Assembly (NCBI GenBank): GCA_964016885.1
Contig: OZ024754.1
Coordinates: 14,384,001 to 14,448,000, forward strand
Length of the DNA stretch: 64,000 nucleotides
Reading direction: 5' to 3'
From: Eledone cirrhosa
Taxonomy: Eukaryota
Shown piece after piece: positions 1 to 13,620 of the stretch; within the stretch, counting starts at the first letter, position 1, and each line of letters starts with the position of its first letter. The notes under the pieces were generated by a model. That model saw only the letters and a list, made by a program, of their open reading frames with translations, had not been told where the DNA came from and searched no databases. The position numbers were made by a program, and so were the translations under genes.

Positions 1-539
1 ATACACCAACAGCCATACATTCCTCCAACACAGACATTCAGTGAGTTCAGTATTGCTAGAGAATACAGACACAACAGCCAACACCCCCCACCTCCCAAAA
101 GTACATCATCCAGAACATTCTATCTTATCACATCTGTTTCTAGTCATAACTTGTATTCACCGACAACATTTCCTACACTACTATTGTACTTTCTACTGTA
201 CGTGGGACGGTCCTCCGTCGGTTTCGACGAGGCGTGTTCCCGTTATAGGGACAGTGGATCAGCCTTGTTCGGGAAATTTACGTGTATCTCACTCAGCATT
301 CCACAGACACGTGCAACAATTATTGTATTATAGAGATAGCATAGTACATTCTCTAGAAGCATACGAGGATGGCCAGAAAACTGCATAGGCTGACTACGAA
401 GGAGTGATGCTAGAACTGTGAAATCTTGTTCTTCGTATTTTCTGTCGCATTGCACCGATTTTAAAAAAAATTATCGGTCTTTTACTACATATCTCACAAA
501 GCTTCATATTAACTACACTACACACACACACACTCTCAT

Positions 540-581
<42 letters not shown>

Positions 582-582
582 A

Positions 583-617
<35 letters not shown>

Positions 618-654
618 TCTCTCTCTCTCACACACACACACTCTCGCTCTCTCA

Positions 655-689
<35 letters not shown>

Positions 690-795
690 TCTCTCTCTCT
701 CTCACACACACACACACTCTCACTCTCTCTCTCTCTCTCTATATATATATATTAATTCCAAATATTAACAAAATAGATATTCTTGTGATCAATTA

Positions 796-862
796 TATTT
801 TATTAGACATATTTCAGAGGTACTGAATTAAGTTCAACAGTACGTCCTCATCACATAAAATA
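796..862 (-). ncRNA. Hammerhead ribozyme, family D, core mutated (GUGAUGA)
   Basis: Minus strand: TATTTTAT-GTGATGA-GGACGTACTG..CAGTACCTCT-GAAA-TATGTC-TA-ATAAAATA. Confidence 0.55.
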
Positions 863-1996
863 AAATGATACATGACATACCCTGACATGGTAGATGGTTA
901 AGATTTAATCAAGATAGTGATTAACTTATGACAAAACTCAATATTTATACCCTAATATTGAGAACATGAGAAACCGTAATACAATCAATAGAGAGAGTGT
1001 GAGTAATATATTTTAAGAAATACATGGCATCAATATAACAGTTATAGAATTTTAATATTAAAAAAAAAACTACTAGAGAAATAGGAGGGAGAGGAAAGCA
1101 TAGAGGAAGAAGTAGCTGCTGTTATAACTTATTTAGTATTTAGCTTGAGAAGACAAATGAAAGATGATTAAAGAGAGAGAGAGACAAAGGGGAGTAATTT
1201 CTACATACACATCTTCATATATAGCTGGCGGTTAATTTTCAAAATATTTAATTTATGTTATTTTAGGGTAAAGAATCAAATTTTAGGTTTTAAAAGTTAA
1301 TGGGTATTTGTATTAATATTATAATATAATTATGTTAAATTTCTAAAATTCAAATTTTATGAAGACAAATTTAAAGGATTTACGAAACCCGCAAAAGAAA
1401 GAAAATATACATATAATGTTCGATATCCCCACGAAGGTAATTTTTACCAAAATTACTTATAATATTGACAACAGTTTCTATAAAATAATTTATGAGATAT
1501 TTATAGTTATAACTATTAAAGAATTTATTGTTAAATAGTTTGAGTGCCTAAAGAATCAACAGGTCTTATAATTAAACTTAAAGAAGTCAGAATTTTCAGC
1601 TATATATATATGTATTGATCATAATATACCAAGATTATAGTTTATTATTTGCTCATATATTGTATTAAGTAAATGATTATATAAGTTCGACCTTCCAGAG
1701 AAAACCAAACACTTATAATAATGTCATTTGAGTGTTTAAATTATTTATAAATGTAACTACGATTATGTTATTACACTAGATAAAGATATTTGTACAAACT
1801 ATATATAGATATAATAGGTATTAATGAAACGGTATACATTTAATAAAGAATAACAATTATAATCATTGTTAGTAGTTTTACCTCCAGTTCAGTGGAGGAA
1901 TAGACCAATATTTGTCAGATATTATGGTTTGTTAAATATACATAAAAAAGTGCAAATCCAACTTTCTGAGTTCCCAAAAGCCATCTCAAAATGAGT

Positions 1997-2028
<32 letters not shown>

Positions 2029-2032
<4 letters not shown>

Positions 2033-2184
2033 AACAAGTAAGACCCCGACGGCTGATAGCCGTCGAAACGGCTTGAGCTCAGCCGTCGGGGTCTTACTTG
2101 TTCCTATTACCCACTCTACTACCCTAAGTATTGAGTACTTTGGTGCGTTATGGTCCACCTGGTTCCTTATCACATTTCCTTCGT

Positions 2185-2187
<3 letters not shown>
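2029..2187 (+). mobile_element. Family B short fold-back element in (TA)n, nested in family D
   Basis: Inverted arm GGAACAAGTAAGACCCCGACGG/CCGTCGGGGTCTTACTTGTTCC plus a tail shared with the 2833, 10635, 36701 and 62770 copies. Confidence 0.75.
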
Positions 2188-2216
<29 letters not shown>

Positions 2217-2533
2217 GCAAACGCATGAATGATCAACAGTTCAAATTATAATCAGTAAATTTACAGGTTAGATATCTAAACTATATAAAGAAAAATAAAG
2301 ATCTGAATCAAAGTTAAAAATATCCCCAAAATCATAGGGTATGGATATCCATCAAGTAAACAAGTTATCAAACGAGTGTCATTCATTCAAACATTAATTC
2401 CATTATAAATGATTAGAAGATAAAGCATTATTAATATTTTGTTAATATTTGGAATTAATATTAATAACTGTAGAGTGCTTCCAATCTATTGTAAAACTCA
2501 TTCTTTGATGTATTCATTGAATCTTGTTTAACT

Positions 2534-2565
<32 letters not shown>

Positions 2566-2568
<3 letters not shown>

Positions 2569-2693
2569 CTGATGATTTCCTTCGAATGAAACAGTTCTAG
2601 TCCTATAAAAGCTATTTCTGAATTAAACATAATATAATCTTCTATGTATTGAATACCTTACTTACTGTGGTTACCCCCAGTTGAACCTGACGG
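2566..2693 (+). mobile_element. Family A short element with hammerhead core
   Basis: TTC-CTGATGA-TTTCCTTCGAAT-GAAA-CAGTTCTAGTCCTA-TA-AAAGC, followed by a tail shared with the 21733, 36978 and 52290 copies. Confidence 0.65.
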
Positions 2694-2704
2694 ACACACC
2701 CACC

Positions 2705-2770
<66 letters not shown>

Positions 2771-2785
2771 CACACACACATACAT

Positions 2786-2832
<47 letters not shown>

Positions 2833-2835
<3 letters not shown>

Positions 2836-3016
2836 CGAAGGAATTGTGTTAAGGAACCAGATGGACCATAACGCACCAGAGTACTCAATACTTAGAGTAG
2901 TAGAGTGGGTAATAGGAAAAGGTATGACCCCGACGGCAGAGCTCAAGCCGTTTCGACGGCTATTTCTGGACTGAGTCCAGAAATAGCCGTCGAAACGGGG
3001 TAATACCTTTTCCTAC
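2833..3016 (-). mobile_element. Family B short fold-back element
   Basis: Reverse-orientation copy of 36701-36928, flanked by (TA)n. Confidence 0.75.
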
Positions 3017-3699
3017 ATATATATATATAGGGTGAGAAACCGAGCGAGAGAGGATGTTTTCCAAGAGGCGGACCTAATGGATACTAGGTGTTATCGGTGA
3101 AGACTATTTTCCCTCGAAAATCCTCATTCCAGGGAGTCGTACCACAACTAAATATATTCAGTATGTTTTATTATCACATTATCACATGTTTCCCATTGTA
3201 CACACACACACACTTACACACTTACACACTTACACACTGACATATACACACACACATACACACACTCCACACACACACACACACCTACACACCTACACAC
3301 TCAATTACACACACTCCACACATACACACCTACACACTTACACACTGATACATACACACACACACACTACACACACACACACTCACATACACATACACAC
3401 ACTCCACACACCACACACACACACATACTACACACATACACGCACTCTACACATGCACACATACACACACACACTCACTCACATTCAAACACACTCACTC
3501 ACATACATACACTCACTCACATACACACTCACATACACACATACACACATACACACTCACTCACATACACACGCACTCCACACATACATACACATTCACA
3601 CGTACATATATGTATATATGTAAATACATATATATATATAAATTAACATATATACATATGTATATACACATATATATATACGTATATATAAATATATCA

Positions 3700-4448
3700 T
3701 ACATAAGTATGTATACGTACATACATATATGTATACAGACGTACAGTAGTATGTATATATATATACATACATACATGCACACATATATATTTGTACGTAA
3801 GGGTTTATCGAACATTTATTATAATGCTCGGTGTGTTTGTAAACAAACATCCCGTATTAAGCCATACGTACATATATATATGTGTGTGCATGTATGTATA
3901 TATATATACATACTACTGTACGTCTGTATACATATATGTATGTACGAATACATACTTATATTTAAGTAACAGCCGTACTAAGAGTGAGAAATGAAATTTC
4001 GTTTCATTTTTTCCATTTATCGTTTTCGGTGTGCCCAGCCGATTAACTCACTCGATATGCAAATTAGGCTGCTCAGCCGTTAATATTCATAAGGAAAGTA
4101 TATACTTTCAGACGTTCAATCATCTGGCAGGAAGGTATACGGTGCTGACGATAGCTAATAAACTTGAAACTAGTACATCGTTCCTTTGTCAGTGTTGAAC
4201 AAAAGGGCAACGATGGTTGCTAAACACTGTACGGCTTAATTCGGGATGTTTGTTTACACACAAACCGAGCATTATAATAAATGTTCGGTAAATCCATACG
4301 TACATATATATATGTGTGTGCATGTATGTATATATATACATACTACTGTACGTCTGTATACATATATGTATGTACGTATACATACTTATATTTAAGTAAC
4401 AGCCGTACTAAGAGTGAGAAATGAAATTTCGTTTCATTTTTTTCCATT
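3700..4448 (+). mobile_element. Family F hammerhead element: ~430-nt permuted tandem unit plus inverted 5' arm
   Basis: Direct repeat 3862-4017 / 4294-4448. 3790-3865 is the inverse of 4230-4300. A hammerhead lies at 4140-4180. A homologue lies at 41850-42172. Confidence 0.7.
4140..4180 (+). ncRNA. Minimal type I hammerhead ribozyme (family F)
   Basis: CGGTG-CTGACGA-TAGCTAATAAACTT-GAAA-CTAG-TA-CATCG. Stem I is CGGTG/CATCG, stem III is the palindrome CTAG, and the triplet is GUA. Confidence 0.75.
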
Positions 4449-4509
4449 CAAATATATCATACATACATATATATTGATATGCGTATATACATATATATAT
4501 ATATATATA

Positions 4510-4593
<84 letters not shown>

Positions 4594-4800
4594 AATGTGT
4601 GTGTTTGTATACATATGTATAAATATATATATATTGTTATACTTGGGGAGGGTCATATTGTTGTAATAATATTGCCAGAAATAATAACAGAACACTCTCA
4701 CTGTTTGGTTGGTTTTCGCTTCTGTATCTTTTATATCTCCATAGTTAATTTATTTGGCAATCAACGTTTATCATTGACTGACTAACGGTTAAAAATACAG

Positions 4801-4837
<37 letters not shown>

Positions 4838-4926
4838 AAGAAAGTTCTTTCGTTGCACATCTGCAACATCATCAGTGGTACTATTATGTTTCCTCTTGTT
4901 GTATTGTATGTCTTCGCCATTTTATA

Positions 4927-4958
<32 letters not shown>

Positions 4959-5629
4959 CGCAGGGTTTGCCGTAAAAATGTGAGGGGGGACAAACCAACA
5001 TTTGTTGATTCTTAAAGGAACATGTTAGTATTACTTATGATGCCTTACCTGGACCCTATCACATACGGAACATTTTACGCTAATTAAATTCTATATATTC
5101 AAATGAAGTTCAGATATAAAAAAAATAAGAATATATTATATCAAATAAACAAAATATATAATATAGACGTTTGAAAAAGTGTGTGTGTGTGTGTGTGTGT
5201 GTGTGAGGGGGGGGGGGGGGGGCTTATCCTCTGGTACCCCACTGAAACAAGGCCTTTGTATTTGCGTAGATATAAATATTATCATACATACATATATATA
5301 CATATGTTTATATACATATATATACATGTATATGTATGCATGTAGAATGGTGAAATAATTTTCATTTTTCATTATTGTTCTATATCGACATATTTTTGTA
5401 TCACTTTATTCCTTATTCATTACTTAACTGCCTCTTTTTCTCAAAATATATCATACATACATGGACACACATGGACATACATACACACACACATATATAC
5501 ACATATATACACATACATACACACAATATATACACATACATATATATATAGTTGAAAATGAACGAACAAATCACACGAGTCAATTGTACACAGTTATATT
5601 AGGTTCACTCTTGGTGGAAGTGGAGGAGG

Positions 5630-5680
<51 letters not shown>

Positions 5681-6045
5681 AAAGTGAGGTTTTTTTACAA
5701 AATGAAAAAAACCCGAGGTGTCCTACACGAGTGAAATTATAAGGAAAAAAGATGAAATCGAAAATGCAACTGGAGTCTTTTTTTATAAAAATATATATTT
5801 ATTTGGTTCCTTTACCGGTTTCGCAGTTCTTCTGCTTTTCAAAAGTAGAATTGAGATGGAGGGTCTGTGGTTTTTCTCGCATATATATATATGTCTGTGT
5901 GTGTGTGTATCTATATATACATTATATTATATATATTATATATATATATAATATCATATTATATTATATTATATTTATATATATATATATATATATAGAT
6001 ATATATATATATATATAATATATATATATATATATAGATATATAT

Positions 6046-6110
<65 letters not shown>

Positions 6111-6124
6111 ATATATATATATTT

Positions 6125-6175
<51 letters not shown>

Positions 6176-6704
6176 TATAATATTATATATATATGTATAT
6201 ATAATATTATATATATATATATTATATATATATATGCGTGTGTGTGTGTGAGTGCGTTTGTGTGTGCATATATACACACATTTGAATATAAACGGAACAT
6301 CACAAGAATGTAATATCCTTTTTATTTCTTCATTTTTGCCTTCGTTTTTTTTATTTATATCTGTTGCATATATTTATTTCTTCATTTTTGTCTTCGAGCA
6401 CGTTCAAGTGAAGCATTTTACTTATCAGTGAAACCCTAGCAACAACTTGAACCTCCTAGGGGCATGAATAGCGGACGGATCAAACGAAAGAACAAAACAC
6501 CTCTCTTTAAGAACCTAAGATCGAAACTGTTGTAGCTTGGGATCTTCGACCTCCCGCTAAGTTTCCTGGGTCGCATCAAGATGTTGTTGTCTTAATCAGT
6601 TCTAACTGAAGCAAAACGAATCTGAAAAATGTCTTCTCTGGCGCCAAAACCACAAAATGGTAAGTTTCTGGACCGTTACTGAGATCAGATGTGACAAAAT
6701 ATTT

Positions 6705-6960
6705 GTCTTACAAGTCTCCAATTGGCCCGGCTGGATCCCTAAGCTAAACCAGCCGAGCTCATGTAAGTTATCCAACCATCTTGCTCTGTGTCTATCCCTG
6801 GGTCTCGTACCGGTTAGTTTTTGTCCGTAAAATCTTTCTCGAGACATTCTGACCACATGCCCGCAGTATCGGAACTGTGATCTCTCAATTCGAATAAGTA
6901 GCGGCTCTACCTGGAGCGACTCTTTCATCTCTGAGCTACGAACTCTATCGAGTAACGTTT
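6705..6960 (-). mobile_element. RTE-group LINE 3' ORF fragment
   Basis: Translates as ESLQVEPLLIRIERSQFRYCGHVVRM..PRDRHRARWLD. Same family as 58300-58673. Confidence 0.8.
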
Positions 6961-7341
6961 CGTTTATGACTACGGAAATTTGAAAATTACTTGATAATAC
7001 AAATATTAATTAATTGTTTAATTCCTAATGTTTAAAGTTTAAAAGTTAATTAATCATGCTTACAGTATCAAATATTTATTTGAAAATATTTGAAATTTGA
7101 AGTCAAATTTTGCCGGATCTCACCGACGCTCAAATCCCGCTGAGGTCATTTTCCTTTCACTCTACTGGATTGCATTTCCTGGGAACGCCGAGCTACATTG
7201 TGTACACCCCCCCCTACACACAGACACACACACACACACACAGACACACAGACACAGACACAGACACACACACAGACAGAGACACACACACGACACACAC
7301 AGACACACAGACACATACACACACAGACAAACACACACACA

Positions 7342-7419
<78 letters not shown>

Positions 7420-7436
7420 CAAACTCTCTCTCTCTG

Positions 7437-7635
7437 AGGCGCTGGATTGGCAGAACCGTTAGAATATTGGATAAAATGTTTTGTGGTATTTTTTTTTCCG
7501 GCTCTTTATGTTCTGAGTTCAAATCCCACTGAGGTCAACTTTGTCTTTCGTTATTCCAGTGTCGATAAAATAAGGTATCAGTCAAATACTTGTCTACGTA
7601 TCATAGACTTTCCCCTCCCCACAAATTGCTTTTGA
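7437..7635 (+). mobile_element. tRNA-derived SINE, degenerate
   Basis: A box TGGCAGAACCGTTAGA, B box GAGTTCAAATCC, and the GTCGATAAAATAAG core. Confidence 0.7.
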
Positions 7636-8149
7636 ACGAAGTGCAATATTTCTCAACACTGGCAGATATTTTGTCAAGCGAATCGCGAAGTCAATTTGCA
7701 AAAGCTTTGTTGTTGTTGGTGTTGTTGTTGACATAGAATAAAAGAAATAGTGAAAAAAATGTATTTGTATGTGACTGCGTCAGCATGATAATAAATAAGT
7801 TATGTTAGAGGGGGCAATATTTTTAATGACTAAAACATTAAGAAGCTAAAGTATATTCAAGGCATGCCGTAAGAGAAAAATAACATTATTAGGTGCTAAA
7901 TGTTATTTTTTCATCAGCAAGTACGAAAGACAACTCTGTACGCCTGTTACACAGTGAGAGATTGACAGATGAGTAACATAGCTTTCTCTCTCTCTCTCCA
8001 CATCTCTTTCTCTCTCTTTCTCTTCCTCGACCTCTCCCGCCCCTCTCTCTCTCCCTTTCACTCTTCCTCTTTACCACCACCCCTCTCACTTTCTCTCTTT
8101 CTCTCAATCCCCCTTTCTCTTATTTGGTGGCAAGGCCGCGGAGGAGGAA

Positions 8150-10325
8150 TTTGTTGCATGGGGAACTCAAGGATGTGAAATCACGTGTGAGGATAATCAG
8201 ATGAAGTATAAGTGGTGGAGTGAGAAGGTTGATGGGATACAGTCTGTATCAGATTCCAATAACACAAAGCTGTTGTGCAATCTCTTGCGTGAAGTTTATG
8301 GACCGTCTTCTTCTCTGGTGACACCGCTTCGCAGCAGAGATGGCAAGGAACTTCTGCAAGGGTGGCGAGAGCACTTTGATGAACTTTTGAATCGGCTGTC
8401 TGTCGTCAGTGAAGATTTCCTCAATCTAATTCCTGAAAAACCTGTGAAAGCTGCTCTCGCAGAACCATCGACGCTAGAGGAAGTTGCAGTAGCTGTCTGG
8501 AAGCTGAACAGTGGAGGGTCTCCAGGTATGGCTGGCATACATGCAAAGCTCTTACAATATGGTGGTGACATCTTCACTCCTTGTTTGGCAGGATATGGGC
8601 TAGTGAATCCGTATCTGAGGACTGGAAAGATGCAGTGGTGGTGGTCTTGTGCAGGGGAAAGGGTGGCGAGAGTGATTGTGGAAACTATAGGGGTATGTCA
8701 TTGCTTTCTGTTCTAGGAAAATTTTTTTTATGTAGGATGCTTCTGGGCCGTCTGCTGGCGCACATTGCGGATTGTGTTCTTCCTGAGGGTCAGTTTAGTT
8801 TTCTCGGCCGGACAGCTTCGGGAGAGGTGCTTGGAGCGGGGTTTTGATCTGTGTCGGGTTTTTATCGGTCTGACGGGGGCTTTCGATGCTGTTGACAGAG
8901 ATGCACTGTGGAAGGTTCTCCAGAAACTTGGTTGCTCTGATAAGTTCCTTGCTTTGGTTAGTTCTTTCCATGATGACATGAAGGTTTGGGTTAATGTCAG
9001 AGCCTATCTCAGTGAAAAATGGAGTGAAACAGGGGGATATTCCCTGTTTGCCATATACTTTGCATTGGTTTTCTATATTGCATTCAGGAATTGCTAGCAT
9101 GGTGTTTACATCCAATATCGAACCTCTGGCAGCATATTTAACATCAGGCGCTTTGCTGCAAAAACAAAAGTATTTACATCAATCATAAGAGACCTTTTGT
9201 ATGCAGATGATTGCGATCTTGTAGCGCACACAGATCGATATGCAACACATTTTGAATGCATTTTCTGATACTTGCACTGCCCTAGGACTGTCAGTCTCAA
9301 GAAAACCGTTGCCGTGTACCAACCTGCTCCTGGTAAGCAGTACAGTGAGCCAAATATCTATGTGTATAGTAAACAACTTAAAGTAGTTGATCAATTTGTC
9401 TACCTGGGAAGCACTGTCAGTCTATACAGCAATCTTGATAGTGAAGTTCCACACAGGATTGGGAAAGCGGGTGATGCTTTCTGAGGGCTAGTGGGGTCGG
9501 TGAGATGTGTACAGTAGGACAGGAGTAGAGGTGTGCAGGGCGTGTGTGCTCTCTACTCTTCTTTGCGCCTGCAGGGCCTGGGTCACCTATCGACACCACC
9601 TTAAACAGTTGGAACGTTTCCATCAGATGTATCTCAGACGGATCCATGGCGTTCGCTGGAGGGACCACATCAGCGATGTCGAGATTTTGGAAAGCTCTCT
9701 GTGTGAAAGCATAGGAGCGCTTGTGCTTGGGCAAAGACTCTGATGGAGTGGTGACCTTGCCAGGATGAGGAATTCTATGATACCAAAACAGCTCTTTTAT
9801 GGAGAGTTAGTTGAAAGAAAACGACCTCCACATGAACCAAAAAAAAGAGGTATAAGGATTCGTTGAAGCCCCCCCACCCCTTGAAAGACGCTGACATCTC
9901 TGCTGATGTGGGGAGACTGTGCGTGGGGGGGAAGGTTGCTTTTGAAGCATCTCGAGTCTCGTATGAGAGGGTAAAGAGGGATGTCAGGAGGAGCATTGCT
10001 GTTGCGTTTGCGGACGGCGAGGGTCCTCCTCTGACGCTGACGTGCAGCGTCTGTGCGGGACTCTACCTCGGCGAGGATGGACTCAAGGGTCATCTTCGCA
10101 GTCGTAGAGTGAGACCAGTGGTTGACTACTGCCGGGTTGCTGTCGGGGATGCTGCTCATCAGGCCTGTGTAGATCGGCGGGAGGGGTCAGGTGGCATGTG
10201 GGTGTGCATGGGAACCGACCGCAGCCGGCTGTAGCCGGTGGGTGTTTTTGTCATGGTTGCCGGTTCTGTGGGGGACATTTGGGACCATTGGCTGGGTTCG
10301 AGGCCACATTCGATCGCAGCACCAT
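8150..10325 (+). mobile_element. 5'-truncated RTE-clade LINE (RT pseudogene) with clustered A-to-G hypermutation
   Basis: Frameshifted RT motifs WREHFDELLN, SPG..GI, DCGNYRG.SLL, AFD.V.R..LW, LLYADD (9200), F.YLGS and LERFHQ, plus a C-terminal CxxC..GL..H finger. Confidence 0.92.
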
Positions 10326-10420
10326 TAATATATATATATATTTTTTATTTTTATCGTGCAATGTCCATACTCAATAACGAGGGGGCAGCCATCATGTATA
10401 TATATATATATATGTAGGTG

Positions 10421-10455
<35 letters not shown>

Positions 10456-10499
10456 GAAAAGATTCAGGACCTCGTTTCGACAGCCAGATCCGAACTAAA

Positions 10500-10616
<117 letters not shown>

Positions 10617-10634
10617 CTATATATGTGTATATAA

Positions 10635-10820
10635 AACGAAGGAAATGTGGTAAGGAACCAGATGGACCATAACGCACCAAAGTACTCAATACTTAGGGTA
10701 GTAGAGTGGGTAATAGGAACAAGTATGACCCCGACGGCAGAGCTCAAGCCGTTTCGACGGCTAATTCTGGATCGAATTAGCCGTAGCTTGAGCTCTGCCG
10801 TCGGGGTCATACTTGTTCCT
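10635..10820 (-). mobile_element. Family B short fold-back element
   Basis: Homologous to the other family B copies, with an internal inversion at the hairpin. Flanked by (TA)n. Confidence 0.75.
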
Positions 10821-11098
10821 ATATATATATATATAAGAAAACAAAAATTTGAAGATGCACCAAGTGTTTTTTATATACTTGCAAATTTACATTACACAAT
10901 GAAAAGATATGAGTTCATACAAAACATATATTCTATATTCTTTAGAATATATTCTAAAGAATATAGGCGGATTTTCAGATATAATCATACTTTTCTAATT
11001 CGTTTTTGTGCTATCCTGTTTCGCTCTAAATAGCTTTTCAAAGTTTCATTTGGATTTGTGCTAGTGTTGAATATTTTTTATCTAATGACACATGAATT

Positions 11099-11138
<40 letters not shown>

Positions 11139-12357
11139 ATGGAGCGCGCGCTCTTCCAATTCCTTTGGAAGAGGCGGGCTCCTTTGGTGAGAAGATCCAT
11201 CTGCTGCCAACACCCTTCTAACGGAGGGCTGGAGTGCAGTGGTTGACGATGCGCAAACACGCGCTCAGGCTGCGGCATCTCTACGTATTCCTCAACGGAC
11301 AACCGGTGTGGGCCCCGTTCGTGAGGCAAGCCTTCCCACGACTCGTCTCGCTGACCGAGCTGCAGTCCTGGGTCAAGCAAAGACCGAGGAAAATGGGCGA
11401 CTGGCACATCGAATGTGCTCAGGCGCTCACAGCCCTCTGGCAGGCGGACTCGGCGATCAGTGGAGACTCCACTTCGTCATTCTATAGAGGGTTGGTCCGC
11501 AGTAAGTGCGACGACGCGCTCGGTGAAACTCTAGGCGTGGAGGAAGATGAACTGGCCAGTCTGTTCGGTAGGACCTTCCGCCCGGGACCGATGGACAACT
11601 TCCAAAAGTCCCTGGCCTGGCAGTGCTACCGAGGAGCTCTACCAGTTCGAGACAAGCTCTACAGACATGGGCGCCCGGGCAGGGACCCTGCAAAAAAGAT
11701 CTGTCCGAGGTGCGTGCGAGACGAAGAAACCGTCGCGCACGCATTCATACACTGCCCGGGAGTCACTGACCTGTGGGGCTATGTAGAACGACTATTGTCG
11801 CGGGTGGGACCAATCCAGTTGACCACCGAGTCCATTGTCATGATCAAACCGCCACCCTCCTTCAAAAACGAAGGAGAGGTGGTTTTCCTTTGTGTGATAG
11901 CTATGGCGAAAGAGGTTGTATGGTGGACAAGGTTGAAAGGGCTGAGGTCAGACACCTTTCTCTCCGGCCAACAACTGATTCTTTTTTTCAAATACCACTT
12001 TGGAAGAAGAATCAGGATGGAGAGAGAGGTGCTGTACCCCAGCAAGTTTTTATGAAAGGTGGGTGAAAGTGGCGAGGATGGCCCGAGTGAATGGGCCTTC
12101 TCTCTATATCAGCCTGTAGGTTGAGGAAAAGGAGGAGGAGAGGAAAGGAGTACAAACTCTTCGTACTCCTGGAGATGAGGGTTGCACATTTTTTTTCGGG
12201 GGTATGTGTTACCCATATGTAATGTCTCCCTCTATTGGGGAAAATCGACTAACTTTTAAATTCCATCTGTGATAACATTTTACACGTTTTTATTGTATGT
12301 AAACTTCCCCCCTTTGTATTTGTCCCCTTCTTTTGTGCCCCTGTGGCTAATAAAGAA

Positions 12358-12358
<1 letters not shown>
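11139..12358 (+). mobile_element. Tx1-clade (L1 group) LINE, 5'-truncated, inserted in (TATC)n
   Basis: ORF2 C-terminus has LAWQCYRGALPVRDKL and the CPRC..ETVAHAFIHC zinc knuckle. 3' end is CTGTGGCTAATAAAGAAA. (TATC)n lies on both sides. Confidence 0.9.
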
Positions 12359-12430
<72 letters not shown>

Positions 12431-13620
12431 ATGGAGCGCGCGCTCTTCCAATTCCTTTGGAAGAGGCGGGCTCCTTTGGTGAGAAGATCCATCTGCTGCC
12501 AACACCCTTCTAACGGAGGGCTGGAGTGCCGTGGTTGACGATGCGCAAACACGCGCTCAGGCTGCGGCATCTCTACGTATTCCTCAACGGACAACCGGTG
12601 TGGGCCCCGTTCGTGAGGCGAGCCTTCCCACGACTCGTCTCGCTGACCGAGCTGCAGTCCTGGGTCAAGCAAAGACCGAGGAAAATGGGCGACTGGCACA
12701 TCGAATGTGCTCAGGCGCTCACAGCCCTCTGGCAGGCGGACTCGGCGATCAGTGGAGACTCCACTTCGTCATTCTATAGAGGGTTGATCCGCAGCAAGTG
12801 CGACGACGCGCTCGGTGAAACTCTAGGCGTAGAGGAAGATGAACTGGCCAGTCTGTTCGGTAGGACCTTCCGCCCAGGACCGATGGACAACTTCCAAAAG
12901 TCCCTGGCCTGGCAGTGCTACCGAGGAGCTCTACCAGTTCGAGACAAGCTCTACAGACATGGGCGCCCGGGCAGGGACCCTGCAAAAAAGATCTGTCCGA
13001 GGTGCGCACGCATTCATACACTGCCCGGCGTCACTGACCTGTGGGGCTATGTAGAACGACTATTGTCGCGGGTGGGGCCAATCCGGTTGACCACCGAGTC
13101 CATTGTCATGATCAAACCGCCACCCTCCTTCAAAAACGAAGGAGAGGTGGTTTTCCTTTGTGTGATAGCTATGGCGAAAGAGGTTGTATGGTGGACAAGG
13201 TTGAAAGGGCTGAGGTCAGACACCTCTCTCCGGCCAACAACTGATTCTTTTTTTCAAATACCACTTTGGAAGAAGAATCAGGATGGAGAGAGAGGTGCTG
13301 TACCCCAGCAAGTTTTATGAAAAGTGGGTGAAAGTGGCGAGAATGGCCCGAATGAATGGGCCTTCTCTCTATATCAGCCTGTAGGTTGAGGAAAAGGAGG
13401 AGGAGAGAAAAGGAGTACAAACTCTTCGTACTCCTGGAGATGAGGGTTGCACATTTTTTCGGGGGTATGTGTTACCCATATGAACTGTCTCCCCCTATTA
13501 GGGAAATCGAATAATTTTTTAAATTGCATTTGTGATAACATTTTACACGTTTTTATTGTATGTAAACTTCCCCCTTTGTATTTGTCCCCTTCTTTTGTGC
13601 CCTTGTGGCTAATAAAGAAA
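12431..13620 (+). mobile_element. Second tandem Tx1 copy with the same 5' truncation point
   Basis: Near-identical to 11139-12358 and also starts at ATGGAGCGCGCG. Small deletions near 13005 and 13225 cause frameshifts. Confidence 0.9.

Larger units (their letters stand above)
751..2537 (+). mobile_element. Degenerate Penelope-like element (family D) with inverted 5' pLTR
   Basis: 751-~1000 matches the pLTR arm at 47036-47300 and 59460-59620. 2440-2537 is the reverse complement of the terminus at 46944-47040. The AT-rich body is homologous to 47340-49300. Both ends abut (TA)n. Confidence 0.65.

Noticed and set aside
4095-4135. Second, antisense hammerhead in family F (GAAA-GTATATAC-TT)
   Set aside because: Neither copy has a CUGANGA core or a stem I.
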